DNA of 64,000 bases from Vitrella brassicaformis CCMP3155 (Eukaryota > Protista > Chromerida): the NCBI GenBank assembly GCA_001179505.1, contig CDMY01000251.1, positions 62,001 to 126,000 of the forward strand. Reading direction: 5' to 3'. A program made the translations under genes and the position numbers. Of the stretch, positions 25,382 to 39,616 are shown piece after piece. The notes beneath the pieces were generated by a model, which was not told where the DNA came from, searched no databases, and saw nothing but the letters and a program-made list of their open reading frames with translations. Numbering within the stretch: the stretch's first letter is position 1; each line of letters begins with the position of its first letter.

Positions 25382-27835
25382 ATGGCTGTGTCGACCGTCA
25401 ACGCGCGTGCCGATGTGCTCAAGAAGAGCGCCGCGCTGGCCGTCAACTGCAACGCCGCCAAGGGCCTGCAGGAGGTGCTGAAGAGCAACCTGGGCCCAAG
25501 AGGCACCCTCAAGATGCTCGTGGGTGGCGCCGGGCAGATCAAGATCACCAAGGACGGGTGCGTGCTGCTCAACGAGATGCAGATACAGCACCCAACCGCA
25601 TCGATGATCGCCAGGGCGGCCACAGCGCAGGACGACATCACTGGCGACGGCACCACCTCGCATGTGCTGCTCGTGGGCGAGCTCATGAAGCAGGTACGTC
25701 CAGTGCGTCCGGGGCGTCCATCGCTGAGTGGATGGATGGATGGACGGGAGGGTGGGTGTCTCACATTTGCATGTCTGTCTGTCTGTCTGCCTGGCTGTCT
25801 TTGATATATGTCTGTGTGTGTAACAGGCTGAGCGTTATGTGCTGGAGGGTGTGCATCCCCGCATCCTGTGTGAGGGCTTCGACCTCGCCCGCAAGGAGGT
25901 CCTGAACTTCCTCGACACCTTCAAGGTCCCCTCCCTCAGCGACAAGGGCGAGCCCGACCGCGAGCTGCTCACCTGCGTCGCCCGTACCGCCCTCCGCACC
26001 AAACTCCACACCCAGCTCGCCGACCAGCTCACCGACATCGTCGTCGAGGCCGTGCTCATGATCCGCCCCAAGGACAACCCTGGCGAGGAGCAGTCGATGC
26101 CCATCGATCTGCATCGAGTGGAGCTCATCCACATGAAGCACAAGCTGACGAGCGACACTCGGCTGGTGCGGGGGCTGGCGCTGGACCACGGGTCGCGTCA
26201 CGCGGACATGCCCAAGCGCCTGGCGCGCTGCAAGATCCTGACGTGCAACGTGTCGCTCGAGTACGAGAAGAGCGAGATCAACTCGGGGTTCTTCTACAGC
26301 AGCGCCGAGGAGAGGGAAAAGCTCGTGATCGCCGAGAGGAAATACACCGACGAGAAAGTCATGAAGATCATCGAACTCAAAAGACAGGTGGGTCGGTGGG
26401 AGGGGAGGTGGGGAGGGTGTCGGGCGTGTGGCTGGCTGGGGTGTACATGTATGTGTATATGTGTTGGTAGGTGTGTACGCCAGAGAGCGGTTTCAGCTTC
26501 GTGGTGTTGAATCAGAAGGGCATCGACCCGCCCTCACTCGACATGCTGGCCAAAGAGAACATCATCGCACTCAGGAGGGTACGTACATTCAATGGATCGA
26601 TGCGCATCGCACGGCAGCAGCGCCACCTAGCGCACACAAGACATGCTGTGCTGTATGTGTGTCTGTGTGTGTTGGCCAGGTGAAGCGTCGCAACATGGAG
26701 CGTCTGACGTTGGCGTGTGGCGGCAGTGCGGTCAACTCGGTTGACGACCTCACACCAGAGGACCTGGGATACGCCGACGAGGTTGGCCAATCCACACACA
26801 CACACATACACATACAGAGAGAGAGAGAATCATGCACTCATTCACTCACTGTGTGTGTTGTGTGTCCCTCACGTGTGTGTGTGTAGGTGTACGAGTACAC
26901 GTTGGGCGACGAGAAGTACACCTTTGTGGAGGGCCTCAAGAACCCCCAGAGCTGCACTGTGCTCATCAAGGGACCTACCGACCACGCCATCGCACAGGTA
27001 CACTGACACACAGACACACGAAGACGCCTGACATGCATGGTGTTTTGTTTCTCTTTGTGTGTGTGTGTGGGTGCGGCCAGCTCAAGGACGCGACGCGTGA
27101 CGGTCTGCGTGCGGTCAAGAACACCATCGAAGACAAGTTCCTCGTCCCCGGCGCGGGAGCATTCGAAATCGCCGCATACGCTCATCTACAGGTAAACGCG
27201 CACCAAGTGAGTGGTTCGTGTGCCTGCCTCTTGGCCAGCTTGTGTGGATGGTATGGTTGGTATCTGCCGTTTGCGCCTCCTGTATTACATCTGTCCACCA
27301 GACGTACCAGAAGAGTGTGAGCGGCAAGGTCAAGTTGGGTATCCAGGCCTTCGCCGACGCCCTCCTGACCATACCCAAGACTCTGGCCGACAACTCGGGA
27401 CTCGACGCACAGGTCAGCAAGAGGGATGGGAGGGGACACACACCTGTAGTGTATGTGTGTGTATATGTGTGTGTATGTGTTTTGCGTGTGCCCATGCTAT
27501 GCAGGACACGATTCTTCATTTGTTGGAGGAGCACGAGAAGACAAAGGAGCCCGTTGGGATGGACGTCATGACGGGAGACGCCATGCCACCCGCCATGGAA
27601 GGTACAAAAGGGCTGTCTGTCTGGAAGCCTGCAGACAGCCACATCGATGGATGGATGGATGGATTGGTTCTGTGCGTTGCGTTGCGTTGCGTGGTGTGGT
27701 GTGGTGTGTGTAGGTATCTGGGACAACTACCGCGTGAAGCGGCAGATGATCGGTCTGGCACCCTCTTTGGCGCAGCAGCTGCTCCTCGTGGACGAGGTCA
27801 TCAAGGCCGGCAAGCAGATGAGGGCACAAGACTAG
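25382..27835 (+). CDS. CCT6: T-complex protein 1 subunit zeta
   Basis: [101 protein letters not shown]. Confidence 0.97.
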
Positions 27836-28257
27836 CTGACGGACGATAGATAGATAGGGGCGGGCAGACTATGTGCGTGCGGTGTGGTAGCCTTTCCTCT
27901 CGCTCTCTCTCCCTCCCTCCCTCCCTCCCTCTTGCGTACATACGCTGCTGCCTTGTCTCTCTACTACCCTGCCTGCTGCTGCCTGCCTGCCTGGATGTGG
28001 CGTCTTGCATGTCATGTGTCCCTATCTACTTCCCTATCCATGCCATGTATCTGGGTAGCATAGCAACCTGACCTGCGAGCGAGACACGGACTGTGCAGAC
28101 AGACAGACAGACAGACAGAGGTTTAAGCAAGCCTGGTGTGGGAGGGGGCGGTGTCGTGTGCCCATCACACACACGCCTAGCTATCTTCCTTCGTCGGTGT
28201 CGATATATAGAAAGACAGACAGACAGACAGACAGGTTGACCGGACTATCGCAACGAG

Positions 28258-28379
28258 CTGCAGGACTGGGTGGCTGCAGCTCGCGCGGCTCATTGGTAGG
28301 CAGCCGTCAGCCTCTAACCTAAGAGGCTGGTGGCAACCTACCGGTGCCTTGGTGCCAGCTGCAGCACCCAGTGCTGCAG
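28258..28379. repeat. About 122-nt fold-back (long imperfect inverted repeat) between the convergent CCT6 and membrane-protein genes
   Basis: The left arm ctgcaggactgggtggctgcagct (28258-28281) pairs with the right arm agctgcagcacccagtgctgcag (28357-28379). Inner stems are cattggtagg/cctaccggtg and cagcctct/agaggctg around a 6-nt loop. Confidence 0.75.
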
Positions 28380-28859
28380 ACAGTCACATGTGTGGGAATG
28401 ACCGACTCGCTAGCTGAGATGTGTGAGGGGATATATTGTGGCCAATCAAACAAACAGACAGACAGACCAGTGATGGGATGAGATGGGTGGATGGTTCTCG
28501 TCACTGTTGGCGCTTCATGGATCGTTAGGCCCCTGCCGGTAGGTAGGGAGCGAGTCCATCGAGCGGCAAGTGCAGTGCAGTGCGTGACACGACACCGGAC
28601 GTGGTACGTACGTGCATACGGAGACGAGTGGATGCTATGCGTAGGATTTAGCCGGTTGGCCTGTCCGTGAGTGCGTGTGGCGAACCATCAACCAACATTT
28701 ATACACACAATACACGGAAGGAAACACACATGGGTACGCGACCGACATGCACAAGTCCGCCCCCATGCATGAGGGCAAGAATGGATGGCTACCTGTCCGT
28801 CTGTCTGTCTTTACACCCAACCATCCACCACCCACTGAGTCTCCTCCTCTCAGGGCTAG

Positions 28860-30392
28860 CTACCCTGTGGCGCCAAAGTGCGTCCACTGCGACTTGCTGC
28901 CCGCGAGGGGGCTCTTGAAGTCAGCTACCGTCTGGCCAAGCAGCGCTGCTCTCTCATCACCCCCAGCATCACCGCCGCCACCGCCAGCGCCGCCAAAACC
29001 GCCATACCCATCCCTACCACCGCCCGCAGCATCGTGTGCCTGTGCGTGTCGGTGTGTGTCGCCGAATGCTTCAGGTTTGAGGGCCAGGATGTCTCGCATG
29101 CGCTTGCGGAGGGTGAGCACCATCTGGATGCCCATCACGGACGCTGCCGCAGCCAGGACGGCGAACAGCAGCAGCGAGACGCAATACAGGTCATAGCCTG
29201 ACGAGAAACGAACGATTTGTTTGTGTTTCCTCTGCTCTTCGCTCACCCTACCCTGTCCGTAGTAGGTAGCTTCTTGCTGCACGGGGTCTATAATCCACTC
29301 AAACATGAGGGGCTCCTCCACCTTCAGCCCATACCTCTGCGCAGCCGCGTCAATCGCATGCCGATACCGCTCACGCATCCCCTTGACCACCACCCGCACC
29401 CCCGAACGCGCCTTGACGTCCCCCACCTCACCACACTTGAACACTATCGCCGCGCCGCCCGAGCTCGAGCAGCAGTCGGTGCCCACCGCCCAGAAGTCGG
29501 TTACTGTGTTGGTTCGGGGGTTGCCCTGCGCGTCGAAGATGTTTCGCTGGATGGGCGCCGCACAGTAGATGGTGCCTCCCTCCAGGTATGTGCTCGCTCG
29601 CGCGGTGTCGACAGAGGTGCCGTCCGCGAACACCACCTTGCCCGCGTCGAGCATCTGCTTGCCGGTGTTGACTTCGGGCTTGACGTCGATGTAGGTCTGC
29701 AGGCCGTTGAGGCGGTAGTAGGTCTTGAACAGATACTGCCACAGCAACTCCCCACACACCACCCCCAGCACCAACGCCACTGCAAACAGCACCGCGGCGA
29801 TGGCGTGCCACATCCGGCCGGTCCGTCTGCCCATCGCCGCAGCGAGGTGTGGCGCCATCATTGCCCGTCTGGCATCTGTTGAATGTGTGTGGGGGGGCGG
29901 CCGGGGCAGCTTCTCTGGCGGCGCGTATCGAGCCCAAACGATGTTGGGAACGACGAACACGGCGAATGCGGCCAGCCAGATGAACCATGCCCACCCAAAT
30001 GAGAAGCGGTAGAGTGACTCTCCAGCGGCAAAGTACTCGGGCCTGAAGCAGAAGCCCGTCAGGGTCAGCCAGAAGAGCACGAACGCCACGAGGTAGACGG
30101 AGGTGAGGCTGAGGTAGTCCCGCAGCTGCACGATGAACCTGACGCCGAGGCCGGCGGTCGTGAAGCCGGGGAACGCACCTGCAACGCCGGGGAAGGCAAA
30201 TGCATATGCGCCACCGAAGATCCCCCATTTGTTGGACGGCTGTCTGGCCAGCAGGTAGGCCTGCTCGGCGAAAGTGAGCCCAGTCGCCTCATCTGCGGAT
30301 ATGAGCTTGGGCGGCGTCACCCCACTGCAATCTGTGAGGGTGGACTGTGGGTGAGGACGAGCGGCACTGTGGGCGTCCTCCTTTCCATCCAT
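28860..30392 (-). CDS. Multi-pass membrane protein with a Cys-containing extracellular loop; unknown function
   Basis: 510-codon open frame with several TM segments and the loop motifs IYCAAPI..DFWAVGTDCC..FKC..ARSG..Y..AI..P-MFEW--DP. One probable in-frame intron near 29200-29255. The termini are uncertain. Confidence 0.7.
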   Translation of the reverse strand: MDGKEDAHSAARPHPQSTLTDCSGVTPPKLISADEATGLTFAEQAYLLARQPSNKWGIFGGAYAFAFPGVAGAFPGFTTAGLGVRFIVQLRDYLSLTSVYLVAFVLFWLTLTGFCFRPEYFAAGESLYRFSFGWAWFIWLAAFAVFVVPNIVWARYAPPEKLPRPPPHTHSTDARRAMMAPHLAAAMGRRTGRMWHAIAAVLFAVALVLGVVCGELLWQYLFKTYYRLNGLQTYIDVKPEVNTGKQMLDAGKVVFADGTSVDTARASTYLEGGTIYCAAPIQRNIFDAQGNPRTNTVTDFWAVGTDCCSSSGGAAIVFKCGEVGDVKARSGVRVVVKGMRERYRHAIDAAAQRYGLKVEEPLMFEWIIDPVQQEATYYGQGRVSEEQRKHKQIVRFSSGYDLYCVSLLLFAVLAAAASVMGIQMVLTLRKRMRDILALKPEAFGDTHRHAQAHDAAGGGRDGYGGFGGAGGGGGDAGGDERAALLGQTVADFKSPLAGSKSQWTHFGATG

Positions 30393-30573
30393 TTCTTTAT
30401 TTACTCCTTCCTATGGTCCGTTCTGAAGCACCGAACACCCCAAGAAGATGATCCCATATAGGTGCTCAATTTACATCAGGAGGGGGCCTCTTCCGAGCTC
30501 GCGGAGTCTCTTTTAGCTACTTTAGAACCCACACACGCCGCTCGTGCGGCTCAATCAAGAAGGTGTGGCAAAC

Positions 30574-33295
30574 ATGGCGACGGATGAGCAACAGTTGGAG
30601 GAGCTCCAGCGAAGATTTCACCTCATGGGTACTACGCAAGGCCTCTCTTGTCATCATTGCTGCATGTAACTGTATACACACAGAGGGGGAGCGCAAGATG
30701 ACCTACGAGGCGGCGCAACAGACTCTCAAACAGAACAAAGACACCATCAAGACGCTCAAAGAGGAGGCCAAGTGTGCACACACGCTGAAGAAAGAGCAAG
30801 TCACATCACACCTGCCATCTTGATTGCACCGGCATCCTGTAGGACACTACGTCTTGCTGTCACTGACCTCAAGAAGAGCACCCTGCCGCCAGAGAATGTC
30901 CAGTTGACACAAAAGGTGTGCAATCGCTGTATAACGAAGCGGGCAGTCATGCCCAAATGCCGATCCCGGCTCTCTTCATTTGTGCTCAGCGAGAGGAGCT
31001 TGCGACGTCCAAGACGAGACTGGACCTGACGAGGGACGAGAATGCAAAGCTGCACTCCGAACTCAAAATACTCACCGTAAGTAGCCACCTGTGAAGTCAC
31101 GCAACCCGACGTGATGGTTGGCATCCGGCAGGACAAGCTCAAGGAGCTGGAGCTGAATGCCCGCAGGCCGACCAGCGACGACTCACCACACATGAAGCAA
31201 ATAAGAATCTTCGAAAATAGACTCGACAAGGTAGGGGTGCACATGGGACACCCCCCCCGTTGTCGACGCTCTTTGGCTCGATTGTTTTGACTCACAGGCC
31301 ATGATCAAGTACAATGAGGCACAGAGCATCCGCAAGACGTACGAGCAGATCGTCAAGCGGCTCAAGGACGAGCGAGTCGGATTCGACCATCAGCTTGCCG
31401 CCATCGAAAAAAGCCTCAAGGTGAATGAACAGTTCAGCCGGCAGTTTCTTTGTTCATCGCCGCATCTTCGCTCCTTTTTCTTCTCCCCAGGCCAAGGAGC
31501 ATGACTACGAGGAACTGCTGCTGCTGTCCCACGATGCCAACCATGCGAAGGACATGGCGCAGGCGGAGCTGCATCGCTTCGAGCAGAGTGTGATTGAGGA
31601 GAGGCAGCAGCGGGAGAAAGAAGTGCAGGTACATACATACACGCACAAACGACAACACCGCCGAGCTGCAAGGCGCGCGTCATCCTTCTTTTTCTATCAG
31701 GAGAAGAAGACGCTGGTTCAAGCACGCGTCGAAATGAACCAGCGGTGAGACACCAATTACACTCGTCTGCGTCCTTTGCGCATGTCGCCCTTTTCTCTTC
31801 CTGGTCAGTCTGGAGCAGCGCGAGCGCGAGAAGAAGCTGCAACAAGAGGCGGATCGCGCTGGCAAAGAGGCACTCCAGACCACGCAGGCCGTCTCCGAGC
31901 TGGCTGCCGGCGTCTCGCACGCAGAGGCGGAAGATGAAAGGCAGAGAATGCAGGTCGCTGCATCTACAAGCAAGAGAGCTCTCTTGAAGGCCTTGACATC
32001 ACTCCGTGTGTGTGTGTGTGTGTGTGTTGGCTGCAGGATTTCGAGGAGGCGTTCAGAAGGATAAAGGAGGCGACGGGTGTGTCTGACGTCAACGAGGTCA
32101 TCCAGAAGTTCCTCACCCAAGAGGAGACGCAGAACAACCTCCTCAACCTCACCAAGGAGAACCAGGCCCGGATCGATCAACTGCAGGAGGAAAGAGCCAG
32201 ACTCAGAGCCAAAGTGCGTGGGCACGTATGCGTACCTGTTGGAGGCACGAATGAATGAAGTCGATACGCGGTGTGCCGTGGAACGCCTATCTGCCTGTTC
32301 TGGTCTATCTGTCCGTCAGTTGGAGGAGATGAAGTTCTCGTCGTCTGGTATGGAGCAGCGGCGTCAGGCTGTGGATGACTACGAGGCGCAGCTCAACGAG
32401 GCCAACTCACGCTGCGAGCGGGCGCGCGTCAAGTACGAGCGGGTCGCTAAGATACTCGTCGACGCCACCGCTGGCATCGACCACCTCGCCGAGTTCCTGC
32501 AACCTATCAAAGTAAGTGAGCACAGTGCCCTCGCACACACACGCAGCACAAACATCATGTGTGTGCCGTGCGTCTATCTGTCAGCTTGACCGTGAGGCGC
32601 CCGAGACGGCTGCACCTGGTGCGGCAAGGAATGTCGAGGACACGCTGGTGACGTGCGACCTGAAGCTCACGAAACTGCTTGCTCTTACTAACATGGTGTG
32701 TGAGTGCGATGCCTCTCTGTCTCAATTGGCTCAGACTGGATGTGTGTCCGTGAGTGTGTGCACGTGTCGATGCAGGAGCCGCAGGGGCCCCCTCCAGGTC
32801 TGTTGGAGACAGCCAAGATGGAGTCAGCCCTCAGCAGCATGGTGAGTGAGCGCAGACAGACATGTATGTCCATTTGCCCTGCTCTCTAGTCATGTCTCTC
32901 GCCGCCTTGTCGTCTGTCTGTCTGCATATGAATGGGTCCACGTGGTGTCAGGCTCAGAGCATCCGTGTGCGTCTGCCTGAGGCCGATGCTGACGAGGACA
33001 GAGACGAAGACGAATACGAAGACGAGGTATGTACAAACAAGCAGCCAGCCGAGAGACACACTTCTTCCCCGTGGGTGGCTCCCTCCCTCCCTCCCTGCCC
33101 CACTCAGCTTGACGAGGAGGTGTGGAATCGCAAGCACGTCAAGTACAACTCACAGCAGCTCCTCGAGAAGCAACAAAAGAAACTCAAGTACATCAATGAG
33201 GCCAACACCACACACACGGGCGACCCTTTACGGGTGTGTTTGGCTGTGTGTGTTTCAGGAAAAAGATCAAGGGCAGCAAGCCGCGGAAGGAGTGA
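30574..33295 (+). CDS. ODAD3: Outer dynein arm docking-complex coiled-coil subunit (DC1/CCDC151/ODAD3 family)
   Basis: Spliced MATDEQQLEELQRRFHLM, ENRLDK|AMIKYNEAQSIRKTYEQIVKRLKDERVGFDHQL, KEHDYEELLLLSHDANHAKD, FEEAFRRIKEATGVSDVNEVIQKFLTQEETQNNL. Confidence 0.85.
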
Positions 33296-33845
33296 GAATG
33301 CCGCTGTCCTACTGCTGTGCTGCTGGCGTGTGTGCCTGTGGGGGGTCGATTGATTCGTGCATGCTTGTTTGGGACCTTTCACCTCAAGTAAGTCATGTCA
33401 TGGGATGGATGGCGGAAACACTACCAAACCAGCTGACACATAAACAGGCTATAGCTAGCTAGCACGACTGCACGTACGGGCGTCTTCATATCACATGCGA
33501 CACATATATATCGACACACATACACGACACGACACGGCCACCACTTACCTCCCCTCCAACCAACCCAGCAGCCCACTACCAAAACGGAGCATGCACACAC
33601 ACAGAGAATTCAACACGCACACGGATGCATCCGGCCAGGTAGGTATGATGTTTGCACACACATAAACGGCACAAGACTGCCACCTCAAACGCTACAAAAC
33701 TGATGTAGATAGACCGCCAGCAACACACAAACTTAAACGCAGAAACTGACAGCATGTGGCTGGTTGGCTTGCCGGGTCTCATACTTGTGTGAAGCAACTC
33801 CTATATTTCTCTCCTGAGCACGACGGACAGGCAATCAAGCGTTGT

Positions 33846-36071
<2,226 letters not shown>

Positions 36072-36345
36072 TCTTAGATGCGACGGCTGCCAAGCAACTT
36101 AGAGCGGATTCGCCACCTGGCGCTGAGCTTGCAGATGGCGATCCTCGTTGGTTTCCAGTGCAAAAGCGGCCCCATTGTCGAAGGCTCACGTCTGCACGTC
36201 ACTGCACTACCGTTTTCAGCTTTTCGTGCAAAGATCCGGTATGTCGATCGCTGGCCGTTCAACGGCCGAGGTGCCACAGCGTTGGCTTCTTCCTCGGCTT
36301 AATTTCCTTCTGCTTTCTGCCCCGTACAGTACCAAGTTGGGCAGG

Positions 36346-38794
36346 ATGAAGCATCTGTTGGCTCTGACGGCGCTTTCCTGCCTCTCGGGTAAGCAGGCAG
36401 AGCAGACACTCCTACGTGCGACTCACCACTCAAGTGACTGCGGGCTCTTGTTGTGAAGCAGGCATCCACGGCGCTCTCGTCAAGACGGGCTGTTATGACG
36501 TCGGATATGAGTACGGCCCTGAGGGCTTCGGCCCCGTGTACAGCACGACGCTGCAGGAAGTCCCGATGGACGGCACGGCCAGCGACCCGGCCATGCCCTG
36601 GCTGGCCTGCGAGGACATGTGTGAGCAGACTGACGGATGCAACTACTTCACGTGGGAGGCAGGCAAGTGCCACAAGGTGGGTAGATGGGTGGGCTGAAAC
36701 GCACGGAGGCACGGACCAGAAGATGCTATTGATTGAGCGTGTGGTGTGTGATGTGAAGATCAAGGAGGAAAGGGACAAGATGTGGGCGCCAAACGAGGTG
36801 TGAGGGCGGGAAAGGGAAATCAGCAACGCACCGCACCGCACCGCATGAACCAAGCCGACCCCTCCCTCCTCCCTGTGTGTGTGCGTATGTGCGCTTCTCT
36901 CTCCCTCCCTCAGGTCTACGTGACTGAAGCTGCAGATGAGGCCGAGTGCGTCCAGTCGTGCGCCGAGGACCCCGAGTGCAACATCGGGCATCGCTTTGAG
37001 CCCCCCATCTGCAAGCTCAAGACCTCCCTCGTCCCCGTGAAGCAGCTCAAGGCCTGGTACACACTCGTTTCCGGCCCTGCGCCCTGCCCCGGCCTCAACC
37101 GCACCGAGCTGGTGGAGCTGGGCAAGACCTCCGTCGGCACGGGAGGCTGTGCCCTCAACTATGAAAGGAGCGGCGACATGTGCTATCGGATCGCCTATGA
37201 CGACAGGAAGACGCAGCCCGATGCGGCTACCGAGTGCGCAAAGGTCGAGAACGGCTCCCTGGCCATGCCCAAGACACGGGTGCGGTGCGCGAGGGAGAAA
37301 GGGAGCGATCGAATGATGAGAGAGACCTTCCTTAAGGCTTTTGTTTACTGTCCCTTGCTTGTGTGGTGTGTGGGCTGCTCTGCTGCAATCGTCCAGGAGC
37401 TGGGTTTGAACATCCTGGCTCTGTTTTGCCCGAAGGTTCCCGAGGGCGTGGGCATTGGGCCTGTGATTGAGAAGCCCACAGAGGTGGGCTCCAGCACCTT
37501 CGAGTGTGTGGTGCCGCGGGGAGACAACCTGGATGGACCCTACTACATGGGCCTGGTCTCAGAGCAGGTGAGATGCACACCACACGGACGTGCCTCGTGG
37601 CCGGCTGGCTGCTTAATGCCTTTTCTCGCTCTCTTTCTGTCTGTCTGTCTGTCTGTGATCAGATTGGGTCTGGTTTGAATGTGTCGATTGGTGCGTGGTC
37701 TTGGGTGGACGGTGAGCCGTTGGGCGAGTGGTCAGCATGGGGCGGCCAGGGGGAGAACACGCCCCTCCTCTACGGCGACTTCCCCACCATCCAACCCGAC
37801 AACACTTCGGGCAAGCAGCTCTGCACCTACTTTTACGTCAGTCACCACAGCACAGCACAGCACAGCACAACCACACGACAATCCCAACACGCACACCGCC
37901 CTCCCCTCTGTCTCCCCCCTGTCTGTCTCTGCCTGTCTCTTCCAGCCGCGGAATTCGCCCGAGTTTGGAGGGTCGCCCAATGGCGGATGGGGCGATGAAG
38001 ACTGTCTGCACAAGTGCCTCTTCCCTGCCCAAGACATGAACCGCACCTCCCAGTCCACATGCTGGACGCAAGGAGAGGGCGGCTATTTTGACGTCTCGGA
38101 CGTGGATGCGGACCCATCAGGCCAGCTAGGCGGCCTGGTCACCGCCGCTGAATGGGACGAGGGCATCAATGTGGGCAAGATCACCGACACGCCGCGGCAC
38201 TACATCTGCGAGGCACCCATTGGCATGGAGGGCGTCGCTCTCGGTGAGGCGAGGCCATGCACCAGTGTGGCCCTTCCTGTCCTTGCTCATGCGTGCCTGT
38301 TGTCTGTCTGTCTGTCTGTCTGTCTCTCTGTATGTGTGGGGTCTGTGTGTCTGTGTGTGCATAGATGACTGTGTGGATGACCCCGACAAGGTCAGCCCCG
38401 GCATGTGCGGCTGCGGGGTCAAGGACATCGATTCGGACCTGGACGGTCTCATGGACTGCCTCGGTCGGTCGGCACCCACATACACACGCACACACCGACA
38501 CACACACACACACACACACACTTACGACACACTCACTCCCTCTCTCTTGTGCTTGTGCGTGCCGTCTCAGATTCAGCCCCCGATGACGCCACCATCCGCT
38601 CTGCGAACGAGACCGTCGCCGCGCAGATCACCAACATGCTTCAGAACAGTAGCATGGCCGCCACGCCCGACGATGTCTCGGCAAGCGTGCCGCCCGAGGA
38701 AACGGTGGCTGAGCCAAAGGGGGCCGTTATGTGGACGGTGGCTGAGGAAGACCTGACGGCGGCAGACGCGCTCAAACGTCTGAGGCGCGCCTAG
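36346..38794 (+). CDS. Secreted mosaic protein: two PAN/Apple-like modules, a C-type-lectin-like domain and a thrombospondin-type-3-like Ca-binding motif
   Basis: Signal peptide MKHLLALTALSCLSG; CEDMCEQTDGCNYFTW and ECVQSCAEDPEC; CYRI..DAATECAK..GSLA, WSWVDGEP, QPDN..C, GGWGDEDC, HYICE; DDCVDDPDKVSPGMCGCGVKDIDSDLDGLMDC. Confidence 0.75.
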
Positions 38795-39616
38795 GAGAGT
38801 GCTGGGTGGACGAGGTTTTGGTGTGTGCTGTCGTCGTCGCGTGGTGTGGGTAATTGGATGGTCATGAATGAATGAATGGATGGATCTGATTGATCGATCG
38901 CAAGTGTTGGTTTTCTCGGTATGCATGCATGTGCAGCCAGCCAGCCAGCCAGCAAGTTTCTCCCCATTCAATCAATGACAAACACGTGGGTGGGTGCATG
39001 TGTGGTGTGCGTGACTACACATTGAATGCATTGATTGAGTGGGGCGGGGCCTCCCTCCGTATGTCTGTATTTTGCAAGAGAATGGAGTCAGGTATCCATA
39101 CCCTCACCATGATGCCTGTTTTTCCAGAAGGGACGGACGAGAGGCTCACGAATGGCCTCCCCTCCCCCCTGTGTGTGTGTATTCCGGCAGGAAGTGACAC
39201 CAGGCAGGAAGTGACGCCAATCTCATGTTTAGTTGTTGTTGTGTGTAGGTAAGAGGGTGGGTGGGCATGGGTACACACAATGGCAAACAGTGTTTGACAT
39301 CATTTATTTTGTGGTCGTGCTAGTCCGTGCGTGTCATTTCAAGCTCTGTGTGCACCGCACCGCACCAGTCAGTCAGTCTGCTGTCTATCGTCCACATCCA
39401 CATGATTGAATGTAAACACCATCTAATGTCATGAATGGTGTCTCTGTGTCCGTCCATCCATCCATCCATCCATCTGTCGGTCTGTTTTCCAACGCTCTCT
39501 GCGTAGCTATGGTATCTACACACATCACATACAGCAATCACAAACAGCAACCAGCAATCGTCCAGTCACCCCGCCCAATCCACCAATTCACCAAAACCTC
39601 CAGCCCCCTTCCCTTC

